From Stegostoma tigrinum (Eukaryota), in the NCBI RefSeq assembly GCF_030684315.1, contig NC_081369.1, positions 41,692,630-41,756,629 on the forward strand: a stretch of DNA of 64,000 nt, in the 5' to 3' direction. The notes beneath the pieces are model-generated. The model was not told where the DNA came from, did no database searches, and was given only the letters and a program-made list of their open reading frames with translations. Each line of letters starts with the position of its first letter. Positions within the stretch are counted from its first letter, which is position 1. Positions 38,340 through 50,480 of this stretch are shown here, in pieces. Position numbers and translations under genes: made by a program.

Positions 38340-40851
38340 CATTTTGAATTCCAAACAAGTACAAGCCAGTAGGTTGCTGAGCAGGTGCAGGTGTACTTTG
38401 AAGCTGGTTCATAGTTCCTTGTGAGCGAAAAAGTGTACTTTGTTGTTGACTTGGTACAGATGTGTTGGTCTGAAGGACAGACATATTATTTTGTGGATTA
38501 AAAATAGTGGACTGTTGCATCTCTTGTTGATTTATATCATTCTGTAATGCAGACATTGAAGTCTGGGAAATGAACAGTGTGACTTGCTGACTTTGGGCAT
38601 CTCCTGAACTCTGGACTAACTGCATTTGAGGTTGGCCATGAAAAACTGATGGTTGTTGTTCATCCGTCTGAGCTGTTCCACTGTTTTGAAGTGTTGAAAC
38701 TGTGGTCTGATTTTGGAACTGAATGGATGATTGTTGTTCTTGATTAACAGCCACCATATTAGGTTGAGTATGAAAGAGAGTTTGGTTTTGCTGCTCCTGG
38801 GGAGCCAAATTTGTACTCATTGGAGGCATGGTACTCTGAGAATTGAAAAGGACATTCTGTTGTTGCTCCCGGGATGTCATGCTGCTATTTAATGGAGAAA
38901 TGGCATTTTGAGAGCTAAAAAGAACATTCTGAGATTGATCTTGAGGTGAAGTGCTGTTGTGCAGAGTAGCTATTGAATGTTGGGTCTGAAACATTGATGT
39001 CTGCTGATTTTGAGAAGAAGTGTTAGCCTGGGGAGAGGGCATTGTGACCTGATGTTGAAAAAGACTCTGTTGTTGGTGTTGCTGCTCTTGAGGAATCATG
39101 GTACTCTGAATCTGAGACATGTGTGTCTGGGTCTGAAAGACATTCACGGATTGCTGCTCAGAATCTCCTGAACTCTGGAGTGCTTGGATTGAGCTTTGGG
39201 GTGAATAGAAGTTTATCGGTTGCTTTTCTTGTGAAATGTTGCTATCTTGAAGTGAAGGCAAAGAGTTTGGAGAAAGAAAGAGTGCACTTTGTTGCTGGTC
39301 TTGGCCAATTGAAGAACTTTGAAGAACTGCCATTGAATTTTGAGGATGGAACAATGTTGACTGTACTTGATCCTGGGAAGCAGCATTGTTCTGATGTTGT
39401 AGCACAGTACTAGGGCAATGATAAAGTCCAGACTGTGATTCTTGTGAATGGCCTGTACCTTGAACTTGATTTAGAGAATTTTGTGGATGAAACAATTCAG
39501 ATGATGGATGTGATTGCTGCAGGAAGTTTCCAGGTTGCATTGAAATCATTTCCCCACCCTGTTGAAAAATCCCAGATGGCTGTGAAGAGCCACCAGTTTT
39601 TAGATGCATCATACCATCTGTATTAGAAAACAAAGTTACTTGAGGCTGGTTATCTCCACTCTGCTGCATCTGTACAATAGACTCAAACATATTGGTTTGT
39701 CTCTGGTTCGACTGCACAGAGGTCTCTTCCACAGTAACCATGGTGTTAGAGCACTGAAAGACACTTGGGGAAGAAGTTGGTTGCTGAGGATTTCCTTTGT
39801 TTTCTTTCCCTGCAACAGTTGTAGCAGGTGAAAACATTGCACTGTGGGATATTTGATGCTGGTTTTCCTCACTGGACTGCAAACTAGACATAGCATGAGT
39901 GGGCTGCTGAAAAATATCACCTTGCTGGAGGGTTCCATTTAAAGAACCCTGGGCACTCATTACTTTAGAGGATTGGTACATGTCTGACTGGAGTTGTCCT
40001 GTTCCAGGGCATATGTTCTGTTGCATTTCCATCAAAATGCCTGTCGAGGATTCTAGTACTTGTTGATTGGACAATGAGTTCTCAGGTCCAGACAGAACAT
40101 TATCTGATCTAGGAAGCGATGTGTTGTCAGAACTTGAAAATAAACCTTGCGTGAGAGAGCTCTGCATAGAATTTACCTGGTGGAATAAATCTGCATTCAT
40201 CTGGTCTTGTACCTGTTCCACAGGTTGTTGCATTGTCTCAGATGGACTAGATCCAGTAAATAAAACAGAAGTTAATTGCTGCTGACTTGCCTCCAGAGCT
40301 TGTTGAACAATACTAACATTGTCACTTCTGCCACTGTTACCATTTGTTTGGAAGTTTCTTTGTTGCATCGAGTGCAAAGCATTCTGCAACTGAGATACAT
40401 TGCCACTTGGTTGAAATAAGTTTGGTGAATGCTCTTGCAGGGCCTGCGTCTGTGTCGTTGATGGTTGCTGTTGCTGTTTCTGTTGTAGCGCAGAGTCGGG
40501 CATTGGGGATAAGGATATCTTTGCTGCATCAGACTGCAAAACTTCTCTTGTTTGTACCTCCCTTGAGTCTAGCAATATGTGAGCATTGTGAAATTGGGTT
40601 GTTTGTTGAAGCAAGCCTTCATTATTCTGGACTTGGCTGGAACATTTAGATGCTGGAAAAGCACATGGCTGAGAAATGTCTTGTTTTTGTACAGTTGTCA
40701 AAGCTTCTGTATTTGAAAACATACTCGATTGAATTTGCTGGCACTGTTCACTATCCCCCCCTTGATGAGCTACAGATACAGAAAATGGCGCATTTGCTTT
40801 GACGTTAGAAGAAATTTCCAAAGGTGGCTGTCCTGCTCCCATATCTTGACT
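38340..40851 (-). CDS. NFAT5: NFAT5 giant exon: Q/S-rich transactivation / prion-like domain
   Basis: 2512-nt open exon inside ORF 38275..40881; acceptor tttgttcag|, donor |gtaag, phase 0-1. Contains NFAT5 hallmarks such as EALTTVQKQDISQP, VQMQQSGDNQPQVTLFS, QQVTLFISQTSMSALQ and LYLFGIQN. Confidence 0.97.
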
Positions 40852-41149
40852 CTGAACAAAAACAAAAATCATGAAACTCACTCAAAGCAATATTTTTCTA
40901 ATCAACCAACTCAGATGATTTCACACACCTCTGGAACAGGTTGGACTTAAATCCAGGCCTCCTGGTCCACAGATACATCTATTAATTGTTTTAAAATTTA
41001 AAAGATCTTCGTATTTTACATCGCTGCGCAGTTAAACCTGTTTGATAGTTTAGAACACACTGCAACTGATAGTAATTGTCTAATGTCAGATGGAAAATGT
41101 GTAGATGCATAACTAGATGTCAACATTAACACACTGACAGATCAGGATA

Positions 41150-42060
41150 TAAATAGAAACAGAGACTCAGAAAACATGAGCAAGTACAAGCTATTCAGCC
41201 CTTCGAGCCTGCTCAACCATTTAACATGATAATGGCTGATCATCAACTTGGTACCTGTTCCTGTTTTCTCCCCATACCCTTTAAGTTTTAAGATGAAGAA
41301 TCATACCTAAATCCTTCTTGAAAATATTAAATATTTTTGCTCCAACTGCTTCTGTGGCAGAGAATTCCACAGCCTCACCACATTGAAGAAATTTATCTTC
41401 ATCTCAGCCCTAAACGGTCAACACTATATCTTTAGACCGTGACCGCTGGTTCTAGACTCCCCAGTTATTGGAAACGTCCTTCTTGTGTTTATTGCCTAAT
41501 CATGATAGAAACTCAAAATTCTATGAGATGTCCCTTCACGCTTCTAAACTCCAGTGCGTTTAGTCCTAATTAATCCAGTCTTTCTTTATACATCAGTTCC
41601 ACAATCCCAGGGAATCAGTCTGGTAAACCTTTTTGCAATCCCTCCACAGCAAAATATCCTCTCTCAGTTGAGGAGACTAAAACTGAACACAATACTCCAG
41701 GTGTAGTCTCACTAAGCCCTAGCATAATTACAGCAAAATATCCCTGTACTTTAATCCGATACTTATGAAGGCCAACATACCATTTGCCTTCTGGATGACG
41801 TGGATGTTTACTTTCAGCAACCAGTGTACACACAGGCTTTTGTGCACCTTTCGCTTTCCCAATACATCACCATTCAGATAATAATTTGGCTTCCCATTTT
41901 TGCGATCAAACTGGGTAACCCCATATTTACATTATACTTCTGCTGCCATGCAGCCACCTACTCATTCAACTTGTCCAAATGACATTAGAGCATCTCTGCA
42001 TCTTCTAACCAGCATCTGCAAACTTGGAGGTATTTCATTTACTTCCCTCATCTAAACTAT
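41150..42060 (-). mobile_element. Decayed CR1 3' fragment
   Basis: CR1 3'UTR (cagcccttcgagcctgct) and RT C-terminal remnants. Confidence 0.8.
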
Positions 42061-42344
42061 ATTCAACTCATAATCAACTTTCCCAAAATCTGAGGCAAAT
42101 GTTGATAGCTCTCCGTAAATCAAAAGTTTAATTATAAGATCACAACAATGTTACTGAAATGTATTAAGTAAGACTAAACATGAGAAGCCGAAACTGTGAA
42201 GTATCATGATTCAATGTGCTACTAATCAAGGAAAAAAGGACTAAAGATATGCTTCCAAAACAAAGCAAAGCATTCTACACAAAGACTTTTCTCTACTCAT
42301 TTAAAAACTGCGTTGCCACCCATGGGTGAATATAAAAATCATAC

Positions 42345-42484
42345 TTCAAAAGCTGCAGATGGTGTCTGATCCATTGGAGTCGTTGCCTCTTTCTTAATCA
42401 CAACTGATGGCAGTATGGGTGATAACAAAGTAGTAGGGAGATCCACTTCTTCCAAGGAACAGCCTGCGACTTTCATTCCCGAAG
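42345..42484 (-). CDS. NFAT5: NFAT5 coding exon (linker, IKKE motif)
   Basis: Acceptor cttcttcatag|, donor |gtatga; 140 nt, phase 1-0. Translates ASGMKVAGCSLEEVDLPTTLLSPILPSVVIKKEATTPMDQTPSAAFE. Confidence 0.92.
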
Positions 42485-43584
42485 CTATGAAGAAGTTTTT
42501 TTTAAAAAAAAGTCATACTTAATCCATACCTAAGAAACCAATTTTTGTCAGTTATACTGATAGTATTGATTACATTGCCTTGACTAACATTTAAGGTATA
42601 AACGAGTACATTCAATGCATTTGTTAAGATATTCTACCCACTAAACTTAGTGGTTTTTCTGCGGAACAAAAGCAAACTCTTTCTTACTGTTGCCACCTTA
42701 TTTTCAGATTAATTCTTGCCCAGAATTGCACAGTAATCATAATGTCAATACATAACAATTTTGATCACAAAATTTCAAATTGAACAATAGTTTTCATTTA
42801 TGTGGTGTCTTTTACTTAGAAGAAATGCAGAGTGTAGCTAAAATGACAAACCATGAGCAGGTTGAGAGGCCAGTAACAGGCTGAAGGAACTGAATAAATT
42901 TCTTAAAGTAGGATCAGAATGGTAGAATGGTGTGCCACGTATCGTGAAGCAGAGGCGGAAGAGAGGCACTGCCACACATTATGGAGTAGAGGGAGAAGGG
43001 AAGCACAGGACAGGACAAAATGGAGTATGGTGATCAGATAGGCTGATACTGTGGTGATCTTCATGATGGCCTTGCTTTGCTAACTGCCCCCCTTGGTTTC
43101 TTGAAGCCGCTGCCTCCACAGATTCTTCAGAGCTTCTTAAAAGCCCTTTTTCATACTCTGATGGATTGACTTCTCCAATTGCATCTTTATTTCTTTTGTG
43201 CTCCTGAGCTCTTGAGACATTCCTCTGATGAATTTGTGGGTTTAAACTTCTTCCTCCCCAGACCTTTACTGTTCACTGGCACTACTCCATCATCCTCTCT
43301 TGGAACATGAAATTCACTCTTTAATTCTACTAATACCTGAAATCACTATTTATATTTACTGCACTCCTGGATCAGCTTCTGCAGGCTCAACATAAGCCTT
43401 CAGAGATTGTTTTGACTACAACACCCAGCAGTGGGTACACAGAAACTCTGCTCCTTGAACAGCATGAGGATCACCTGTACTCCCTTCAAAATGTCTTTGA
43501 ACTTGGATAAAGTGTCAAGATGCTCCATCCCATTATTGCTCATCTCCTAAATAAGCATAAATTGTAAGAGAAAGAATTGTTTGT

Positions 43585-44113
43585 CAGGATTTGGAATGTT
43601 GTGTACAGTTCTGGTCTCACTTGGAATATTGCATGCAGTTCTGGTCACCCCATTACAGGAAGGATGTGGAAGCATTGGAAAAGGTGCAGAGGAGATTTAC
43701 CAGGATGTTGCCTGGTCTGGAGCGAAGGTCTTATGAGGAAAGGCTGAGGGACTTGGGTCTGTTCTCATTGAAGAGGAGGAGGCCAAGAGGGGATTTAATA
43801 GAGACATACAAGATGATCAGAGGATTAGATAGGGTGGACAGTGAGTCTTTTTCCTAGGATGATGATGTTGGCTTGTACGAGGGGGCATAGCTGCAAATTG
43901 AGGGGTGATAGATTTAAGTCAGAGGCAGATTCTTTACTCAGAATGCCTGCCAATGTAGTTAACTCAGCCACACTAGGGGTATTTAAACAGTCCTTGGATA
44001 AGCATATGGATGATGAAGGGATAGTGTAGGGGGTGAGCTCAGATTAGTTCACAGGTCGGTGCAACATCAAGGGCTGAAGGGCCTGTTCTGCGCTGTATTG
44101 TCCTATGTTCTAT
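43585..44113 (+). mobile_element. Young CR1 3' fragment
   Basis: ORF LEYCMQFWSPHYRKDVEALEKVQRRFTRMLPGL..RGDLIETYK and a (tatgttc)n tail; a ~30-nt diverged duplication at the 5' end. Confidence 0.92.
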
Positions 44114-44519
44114 GAATATCCCCCTTCCCAAGATGTAAACAAGGGGAGTGCAAATATCAGAATATGACAAAAGTTGTCACACTCAAGAAAACACCACCAG
44201 GAAGAAGCAAATCACGGGAACAGAAAAACAAAACTGCTCGATTGTGCAGACTAGATTGTGTTTGATAAAGGCAGTGAAGCCAAATAAAAATAATAGTTAT
44301 AGGAACTATAAGAACAAGTGATCAAAATAAATGAAGGATCTGAATCAAATACATCTGGGTTCTTGACACCTCCAGCTTCTAAATCAAATAAACAGCTTGG
44401 TCTGAATTTCATACTTGGACTCAGAAAAACTTGCAGCACCTTTAGCGAATCTATTACAAAATAGTAACAGTACTGGCATTCATTCAACAAGATAGAAAAT
44501 GTGCTGTCCACAAAAAGCA

Positions 44520-45190
44520 GGACAATCAAAATCAAATAATTATTGACCCATCAACCTCAATCATCATCACGTGAGGCAAGGTATTACTGACAGTGCTATC
44601 AAGTAGCACTCAGCTCACCAATAAGCTACTCACAGAAGCTCAGTTTCAGACATCATTCAAACACCATTACAAAGATGGAAAAGAAAGCTAAACTCCAGAC
44701 GTATGCAGAGGGTGACTGCCCTTGACATCAAGACAGCATTTGACTGAATATCAAGGAGCTGTAACAAATGTGAAGTCAGTAAGAATCTAGGAAAAATTTA
44801 CCACTACTTGAAATTATGTCTTCCACAAAATTTGTTGGAGGCTAATCATCCCAAGACCAGGACATAGACACAAAGTTCTTCAGGTAACATCCTATGCCAA
44901 TGATTTTCAGGTGTTTCATCAGTGACATTCTTCTATCATAAGGTCAGGGGCAAGCATACTGACGATTATGGCAACTACTCAATATTGAATGTATGTTAAG
45001 ACCTGGACAATATATCACTCTTGACTGCTAAGTGACAAGTAACATTCAATTGCCTAGTAATAACTACCCTCAAGGACTGAATCATCTCCCAATTATATTC
45101 AATAGCATTACCAGCCCTGTCATCAATATCTTGGGGGTTCCTAATAACTTAACTGAATCATCTATCTAGATACTATGGCTACAAGAAGAA
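44520..45190 (+). mobile_element. Decayed LINE RT, same group as 27520-28460
   Basis: Shared motifs such as gtgactgcccttgacatcaagacagcatttgac. Confidence 0.6.
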
Positions 45191-45497
45191 AACAATGGCC
45201 TGCAAAAGATGGCTTTGGATTGGGGGAAGGCAAATTTTATGACTATAAAGCTGGATCTCGCCATAGTAGACTGGAAACAACTCCGTGCAGATCAATCCGC
45301 AGGGGGACAATGAGGGTACATTTAAAAAGGAGCTGTGGTGACTATAGGTCTAACATGTACTCTTCAGAGGGAAATGTAGGAGCAATAATTTCAGAGGACC
45401 CTGGATGTTTAGGACAAAAACTCGACTGGATAAAGAGGAGGAGTAGGACTTTTAGCGAGTCCAAAGGGTGCATTTCAGCTGCAGCCCTAGGGAAATA

Positions 45498-48347
45498 GAC
45501 AATAGACAATAGACAATGACAGGTGCAGGAGTAGGCCATTCAGCCCTTCGAGCCAGCACCACTACTCATTATGATCATGGCTGATCATCCACAATCAGTA
45601 TCCTGTTCCTGACTTATCCCCATAACCCTTGATTCCGATATCTTTCAGAGCTCTATCCAGAGACTTAGCCTCCACTGCCTTCTGGGGCAGAGCATTCCAT
45701 ATATCCACCACTCTCTGGGTGAAGAAGTTTTTCCTCAAATCTGTTCTAAATGGCCTACCCCTTATTTTTGAACTGTGTCCTCTGGTTCTGGACTCACCTA
45801 TCAGTGGAAACATGCTTCCTGTCTCCAGAGTGTCCAATCCCTGAATAATCTGAAACATCTCAATCAGATCCCCTATCATCCTTCTAAACCCAAGTGTAGA
45901 CAAGCCCAGTCACTCCAATCTTTCAACATGTGACAGTCCCGCCATTCTAGGAATTGACCTCTTGAACCTATGCTGCACTCCCTCAATAGCAAGAATGTCC
46001 TTCCTCAAATTTGGAGACCAAAACTACACACAATACTCCAGGTGCAGTCTCACCAGGGCCCTGTACAGCTGCAGAAGGATCTCTTTGCTCCTATACTCAA
46101 TTCCTCTTGTTATGAAGGCCAGCATGCCATTAGCTTTCTTCACTGCCTGCTGTACCTGCGTGCTTGCTTTCATTGACTGATGTGTACAAGAACACAGAGA
46201 TCTTGTACTTCCTCTTTACCTAACTTGACTCCATTTAGATAGTAATCTGCCTTCCTTTTCTTGCCAAAGTAGATAACCACATTTATCCACATTAAACTGC
46301 ATCTGCCATGCATCCATCCGCTCACCTAGCCTGTCCGAGTCACCCTGTATTCTCATAACATGTTCCCCACATTTCACACTGCCACCCAGCTTTGTGTCAT
46401 CAGCAAATTTGCTAATATTACTTTTAATGCCTTCATCTATATCATTAATGTATATTGTAAATAGCTGCGATCCCAGCACCAAACCTTGTGGTACCCCACT
46501 GGTCACTGCCTGGCATTCTGAAAGGGACGCGTTTAACACAACTCCTTGCCTCCTGTCAGCCAGCCACTTTTCAATCCAACTCAGTATTTTGCCCCCAATA
46601 CCATGTGCCTCATTTTGTTCACCAATCTCCTATGCGGGACTTTATCAATGGCTTTCTGAAAGTCCAGGTATACTACATCTACTGGTTCTCCCTTGTCCAT
46701 CTTCGTAGTTACATCCTCAAAAAATTCCAGAAGATCAGTCAAGCACGATGTCCCCTTCATAAATCCATGCTGACTCTGACCTATCCTGTTACTGCTATCC
46801 AAATGAGTCGTAATTTCATCTTTTATAATTGACTCCAGCATTTTCCCACCACTGACGTCAGGCTAACTGGTCTATAATTTCCTGTTTTCTCTCTCCCTCC
46901 TTTCTTGAAAAGTGGGACAACATTAGCCATCCTCCAATCTGCAGGAACTGATCCTGAATCTATAGAACACTGGAAAATGATTATCAATGTGTCCACGATT
47001 TCTAGAGCCACCTCCCTAAGTACCCTGGGATGCAGACCCTCAGGTCCCGGGGACTTACCAGCCTTCAGACCTAACAGTCTATCCAACATCATTTCCTGCC
47101 TAATACAAATTCCCTTCGGTTCATCCATTACCCTAGGTCCTTCAGCCACTATCACATCTGGGAGATTGCTTGTGTCTTCCCTAGTGAAGACAGATCCAAA
47201 GTACCTATTCAACTCTTCTGCCATTTCCTTGTTTCCCCCATAATAAGTTCGCCCATTTCTGTCTTCAAGGACCCAATTCTAGTCTTAACCATTTTTTTTT
47301 CTTTTCACATACCTAAAAAGCTTTTACTATCCTCCTTTATACTTTTGGCCAGTTTTCCTTCGTACCTCATTTTTTCTCTGTGTATTGCCTTTTTAGTTAT
47401 CTTCTGTTGCCCTTTAAAAGCTTCCCAGTTCCTCCGGCTTCCCGCTCATCTTTGCTATGTTACACTTCTCTTATCTTTATACAGTCCTATCTTTATACAG
47501 TCCTTAACTTCTCTCGTCAGCCATGGCCGCCCCTGCCTCCCTTAGGATCTTTCTTCCTCTTTGGAATGAACTGATCCTGCACCTTCTGCATTATATCCAG
47601 AAATACCTGCCATTGTTGTTCCACTGCCATCCCTGCTAGGGTATTGAACCACTGAACTTTGGCCAGCCCCTCCTTCATATCTCCACAGTTCCCTTTGTTC
47701 AACTGCAATACTGACACTTCCGATTCTCCCTTCTCCCTCTCAAACTGCAGATTAAAATTTGTCATAGTATGGTCACTACCTCCTTTACTTTGATGTCCCT
47801 GATCAAATCCGGTTCATTACACAACACCAGATCCAGAATTGCCTCCTCCCTAGTAGGCTCCAGTACAAGCTGTTCTAAGAATCCATCTCGGAGGCACTCC
47901 ACAAACTCCCTTTCTTGGGGTCCAGTACCATCCTGATTCTCCCAGTCTACCCACATGTTGAAATCTCCCATAACGACTGTAGTAATACCTTTGCGACAGG
48001 CCAATTTCAACTCGTGATTCAACTTACACCCTACATCCTGACTACTGTTTGGGGGTCTGTAGATAACTCCCATTAGGGTCTTTTACGCTTAGAATTTCTC
48101 AGCTCTATCCACACTGACTCCACATCTCCTGATTCTACGTACCCCCTCGCAAGGGGCTGAATATCGTTCCTCACCAACAGGGCTACCCCACCCCCTCTGC
48201 CCATCAGTCTGTCCTTTCGAAAGCACGTATATCCTTGAATATTCATTTCCCAGGCCCTGTCCACTTGAAGCCACATCTCAGTTATCCCCACGACATCGAA
48301 CTTGCCAATTTCCAACTGAGCCTCAAGCTCATCCACCTCATTTCTTA
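45498..48347 (-). mobile_element. CR1 LINE with APE endonuclease and RT, lightly decayed
   Basis: Consecutive minus-strand ORFs: DVVGITEMWL, GVIYRPPNS..MGDFN, NVVPLFKKG..NYRPVSLTS, YLDFQKAIDKVPH, SKFADDTKLGG. (tctattg)n tail; TSD ggaaata at 45491-45497 and 48348-48354. Confidence 0.95.
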
Positions 48348-49840
48348 GGAAATACAGGAAGTGCAGGAAGGAACTTAAGAAAGCAATTAGAAGAGCAAAA
48401 AGGGTGCATGAAAAAGTACCTGCAAACAGGATTAGGGAGAATCAAAAGCTATTTTAATTGCAAGAAGTTAATAAGAAGAGTAGGGGCCAAGGAGGCACCC
48501 TGTGCATGAAGTGCAGTATATTGGAAGGGTGTTGAATGAACACTTCTCTTCGGACTTCACTCTGGTAAAGGATAATCTAAGTATGGAATTCAGGAAAGGG
48601 ACTGTCAGGAACTTGCACAGTTCAAACCGTAGGAAATGAGGAGGTATCGGAGCCTCTGCTGGGCTTAAAAAAAAGTCAAATTCCCTGGCCCGACTGAATT
48701 GCAGCCCAGGCTACTGTGAGAGGCGAAGCAGGAAATTGCAGGATCTCTGACAAATTTTTCAATCCTCTCTGGCCATGGGGAAAGTGTGCCTGAAGACTGG
48801 AGGATGGCTAATGTGGTTACACATTTTAAGAGGAGTGGTAGAGATGAACTAGGAAATTACAGGCCGGTGAATCTCACATCACAGATTAATACTCACTTGC
48901 AAAGGGTTAATTAGGGACAGTCAGCATGGCTTCATCGGAGGGAGGTCATGCCTAATAAAATGTGTTGGAAGTTTCTGAAAATGTGATCAGGTGTGGGGAT
49001 GACAGAAATTCAGTTGATGTAGTTTATATGGATTTTAGCAAAGCTTTTGACAAGGTTCCAGATGAGAGACTGAGAAGGTTAAAGTACATGGAACTGAAGG
49101 AAACTTGGTGAGATGGATCATAAATTGGCGTAGTAATAAGATAAAAATAGTAGTAGTAGAAAGCTGTTTGACTGACTGGAGTCCAGCATCCAGCAATATA
49201 CCACAAGGATCAGAACACAAAGAATATAGATGAAACGAAGAGGGAACGTTCAGCAAATTTGCAGATGGCACCAAGATTGGTAGCATGGTTAATAGCAAAG
49301 AAGATTGTAGGTTGTAGGTTACAGGAAGATATAGATGGTTGGTCAGATGGGTAGATGGTATTTAACCCTGACAAGTGTGAGGTGGTACACTTTGGAAGAA
49401 AAACAAAACAAGATGAGGGAGTATTTAATGAGTGACTGGACAATGGGTAGTTTAGAGAAACAGAGCTATCTTGGAGTAATTATTCACAGATCCCTGAAGT
49501 TGGCAAAGCGCATGAACTGGATAGTTAAGGCAGCATATGGGACACCTGCTCTCATCAGTCATGGCATCGAGTATAACAGCAAGGAGTTAATGTTGGAGTT
49601 TTACACAACTTTGTTCAGGCCACAGTTGGAGTACTGTATGCCGTTCTGGTCAGCTCACAACAGGAAAGATGTGATAACACTAGAGGGGATACAGAGGAGG
49701 TGCACCAGGATGTTGCCTGGGATGAAGACATTGAGGTATAAGGAGAGAACAAGTAGGCTTGGACTGTTTTCTTTACAGCAGCAAAGACTGAGGAGGGACA
49801 TGATTAAGGTGTAGAAAATTATGGGGCGTATGGATAAGGT

Positions 49841-50480
49841 TATTAAGAAAGCATATGGTGTTTTGGCTTTCATTAACAGGGGGATCAAGTTTAAGAGCCG
49901 CGAGGTTATGCTGCAGCACTACAAAACCCTGGTGAGACCACACTTGGAATACTGTGTCCAGGTCTGTTCGCCCTATTGTAGGAAAGGGGTGGAGGCTTTG
50001 GAGAGGGTGCAAAGGAGGTTTACCAGGATGCTGCCTGGACTGGAGGGCTTGTCTTACGAGGAGAGGTTGACGGAGCTCGGACTTTTCTCTCTGGAGAGAA
50101 GGAGGAAGAGAGGTGACCTGATCGAGGTGTACAAGGTAATGAGAGGCATGGATAGAGTCGATAGCCAGATACTCTTCCCCAGGGCAGGACTGACTGCCAC
50201 AAGGGGTCATAGTTTTAAGGTGTTAGGAGGAAGGTGTAGAGGAGTCGTCAGAGGGAGGTTCTTCACCCAGAGAGTTGTGAGCGCATGGAATAGTTTGCCA
50301 GTGGTAGTCGTGGAGCGGAGTCATTAGTGACATTTTAAGCGACTGCTGGACATGCACATGGACAACAATGAATTGAGGGGAATGTAGGTTAGGTTATTTT
50401 GTTTTGTTGTTGGATTAGGATTATTCCACGGCACAACATCATGGGCCAAGGGGCCTGTACTGTACTTTTCTATGTTCTAT
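49841..50480 (+). mobile_element. Young CR1 3' fragment nested in an older CR1
   Basis: Open 168-aa RT C-terminus; TSD gtatgga(t/c)aaggt at 49828-49840 and 50481-50493. Confidence 0.92.

Noticed and set aside
38275-40881. 868-aa ORF as a standalone single-exon gene
   Set aside because: The N-terminal MSFMIFVFVQ is a translated polypyrimidine tract and the C-terminal GKCNLR.. is donor read-through; it is an internal NFAT5 exon.
39123-40950. Several + strand ORFs of 63-101 aa
   Set aside because: Antisense shadows of the NFAT5 exon with no independent signal.
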